A DNA stretch of 64,000 bases from NCBI GenBank assembly GCA_038851075.1, contig JAWCLG010000001.1, positions 46,206 through 110,205 on the forward strand. The letters are read 5' to 3'. Below the pieces are notes generated by a model. The model was given only the letters and a program-made list of their open reading frames with translations, searched no databases and was not told the origin of the DNA. A program made the position numbers and the translations under genes. Source of the stretch: Candidatus Hadarchaeales archaeon (GTDB lineage Archaea > Hadarchaeota > Hadarchaeia > Hadarchaeales > Hadarchaeaceae). Shown piece after piece: positions 62,805-64,000 of this stretch (positions within the stretch are counted from its first letter, which is position 1; every line of letters begins with the position of its first letter).

Positions 62805-63107
62805 ATGGAAATCACGGTAAAGCTTTACGGTCCATTCAAAGAACATGCTGGAACTGAATCGATAAGGGTAACGATATCCGAGGACGAAACCGTGGATACT
62901 CTCCTGATGAAGCTGAGCAGGAGATATCCTAAAGTCGTGGAGGATGTGCTGGACCCGACCACCGGAGACCTCAGGGAAAACTGCAACATAACGCTGAACG
63001 GTAGGAGGATTCAGCAGATACGCGGGATACACACAAAGTTGAAGCACAAGGATGAAATCGCTCTCTCTCCGCCAGAGGAAACTACGGGAAAGTCCGCGTC
63101 AGTCTGA
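62805..63107 (+). CDS. MoaD/ThiS-like beta-grasp (ubiquitin-like) small protein with a non-canonical C-terminus
   Basis: 100 aa. MEITVKLYGPFKEHAG...ITLNGRRI......L.HKDEIALSPP follows the MoaD/ThiS/SAMP pattern (..V.lfa.l.e..g.... vNg.........l.dgDEva..PP). It ends EETTGKSASV instead of the usual xGG. Confidence 0.5.
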   Translation: MEITVKLYGPFKEHAGTESIRVTISEDETVDTLLMKLSRRYPKVVEDVLDPTTGDLRENCNITLNGRRIQQIRGIHTKLKHKDEIALSPPEETTGKSASV

Positions 63108-63178
63108 GATTCTGACTCACTGGCTAATCGCACGGGTGTTCTGTTAAATTCCTGTACAACCGAATATCTTAGAGAGAG

Positions 63179-63757
63179 ATGCCGCTGCTGGTATTTGTCG
63201 GAAGATCAAACGTTGGAAAGTCCAGCCTGATAAGGACGCTTACCGGTAAGAGAATAAGAGTCGGTAAAAGGCCTGGCGTGACCCGCAGAATGGCCAGATA
63301 TGAGTGGGGCGGAATCGAAGTGATTGACATGCCCGGATTTGGATTTATGTCAGGGGTCCCGGAAAGGACTCAGGAAAAGATAAGGACTAATGTGGTTAGA
63401 TACCTGGAAAGCAGCAGGGGACGCATATCGGCGTCTGTGGAGGTCATCGACGCAAAGGCTTTCTCAGATATAGTCGAGCGGTGGGAGAGAAGGGGGCATA
63501 TTCCTGTAGATGTAGAGATGTTTCATTTTCTTCAGGAGCTCGATCTGAACCCCATCGTCGCCGTTAACAAGATAGACCTGATACACAGGGCGGACCGGGA
63601 CATTCTGCTGGATTACATTGGAGATAAGCTCGGGCTTCTTCCGCCGTGGAGGCAGTGGACGGACATCATGGTGCCTGTGTCCGCAAAAACGGGACATGGA
63701 ATCAGAGAACTGAAGGCGCTTATCCTTAGAAGGCTCAAAAACCGCATAGCATTTTAA
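63179..63757 (+). CDS. engB: GTP-binding protein EngB (YihA/YsxC family)
   Basis: It has G1 GRSNVGKSSLI, G3 DMPGFG and G4 NKIDL. 192 aa. Confidence 0.8.
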   Translation: MPLLVFVGRSNVGKSSLIRTLTGKRIRVGKRPGVTRRMARYEWGGIEVIDMPGFGFMSGVPERTQEKIRTNVVRYLESSRGRISASVEVIDAKAFSDIVERWERRGHIPVDVEMFHFLQELDLNPIVAVNKIDLIHRADRDILLDYIGDKLGLLPPWRQWTDIMVPVSAKTGHGIRELKALILRRLKNRIAF

Positions 63758-63788
63758 ACAGATTCGGGGAAGTTGTAAAGGAGATGTG

Positions 63789-64000
63789 ATGCCTTCCCAG
63801 AACGACATAACAAACGTGGCAGCAATCCTTGTGACAATAGCATCGCTTTTCGCGGCGATAAGCTGGATAACATCGGGAGGCGCCGGAAGCGAGGCGAGCT
63901 CCTCCAGAATGTCGGCGCTGGGCTTCATGATGCTGCGTCTGGAGTGCACGACAGAGGCGTCGAACTCCCGCGTTCAGGCGCAGTCGTACCTGACCCAGGC
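63789..64000 (+). CDS. Partial hypothetical protein with an N-terminal hydrophobic helix (continues beyond the right edge)
   Basis: My own translation from ATG 63789, which has AAGGAG 6 nt upstream, gives MPSQNDITNVAAILVTIASLFAAISWITSGGAGSEASSSRMSALGFMMLRLE... The frame is open to the end of the window. Confidence 0.35.
   Translation, partial: MPSQNDITNVAAILVTIASLFAAISWITSGGAGSEASSSRMSALGFMMLRLECTTEASNSRVQAQSYLTQ

Noticed and set aside
63464-63949. A 161-aa minus-strand ORF overlapping engB and the following partial gene
   Set aside because: It is antisense to a gene with clear G1/G3/G4 GTPase motifs and crosses an intergenic SD/start region. It has no recognisable features.
1-64000. A search for CRISPR arrays, IS elements or transposases, integrases, toxin-antitoxin pairs, restriction-modification or other defence genes, and rRNA genes
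   Set aside because: I saw no regularly spaced direct repeats, no terminal inverted repeats flanking a transposase-like ORF, and no ORF with nuclease, recombinase or defence-type motifs. The methyltransferases present are small-molecule, protein or tRNA types without partner nucleases.

Overview
This is a dense chromosomal segment of about 70 genes, with very short intergenic gaps and many 1-4 nt start/stop overlaps. It reads as archaeal, probably a euryarchaeote-type lineage. The evidence is an HMf-type histone, GatD/GatE, an intron-containing tRNA-Ala, ribosomal protein L41e, Trm-G10, a PAC2 proteasome chaperone, UPF0200/UPF0201, UPF0248 and UPF0282 proteins, an archaeal-type PPAT, and several proteins with class III (prepilin-like) N-termini. 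Most of the content is housekeeping with a strong Glu/Gln/Arg/Pro theme: NfnAB/GltD-like, glnA, pdxT, proBA, gatDE, glmS, argS and a full arg gene set (argG, H, F, D, B, J, C plus a second argG). Five accessory or unusual parts stand out. (i) A seven-gene minus-strand operon (15.1-21.7 kb) encodes a non-archaellum type IV filament machine: an atypical FlaI-like ATPase, a FlaJ/TadC-like platform and five pilin-like proteins. (ii) Two more pilin-like ORFs sit at the left edge. (iii) A block of about 7.7 kb of cell-surface protein genes (PGF-pre-PGF/CARDB-like protein, small anchored protein, 1176-aa multi-LamG protein, disrupted DUF998 gene) lies between the two halves of the arg cluster. (iv) There are two divergent argG paralogues. 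(v) Smaller curiosities include an in-frame TGA between a signal anchor and its protein body, a frameshifted DUF998 gene, two conserved micro-ORFs missing from the ORF track (L41e and a CxxC-x17-CxxC zinc ribbon), a bacterial-type PfkA, and a MoaD/ThiS-like protein without a C-terminal Gly-Gly. I saw no CRISPR array, IS element, transposase, integrase or rRNA gene. All functional calls rest on my own recognition of motifs in the translated ORFs. No database search was run, so family names are hypotheses to confirm by HMM or BLAST.
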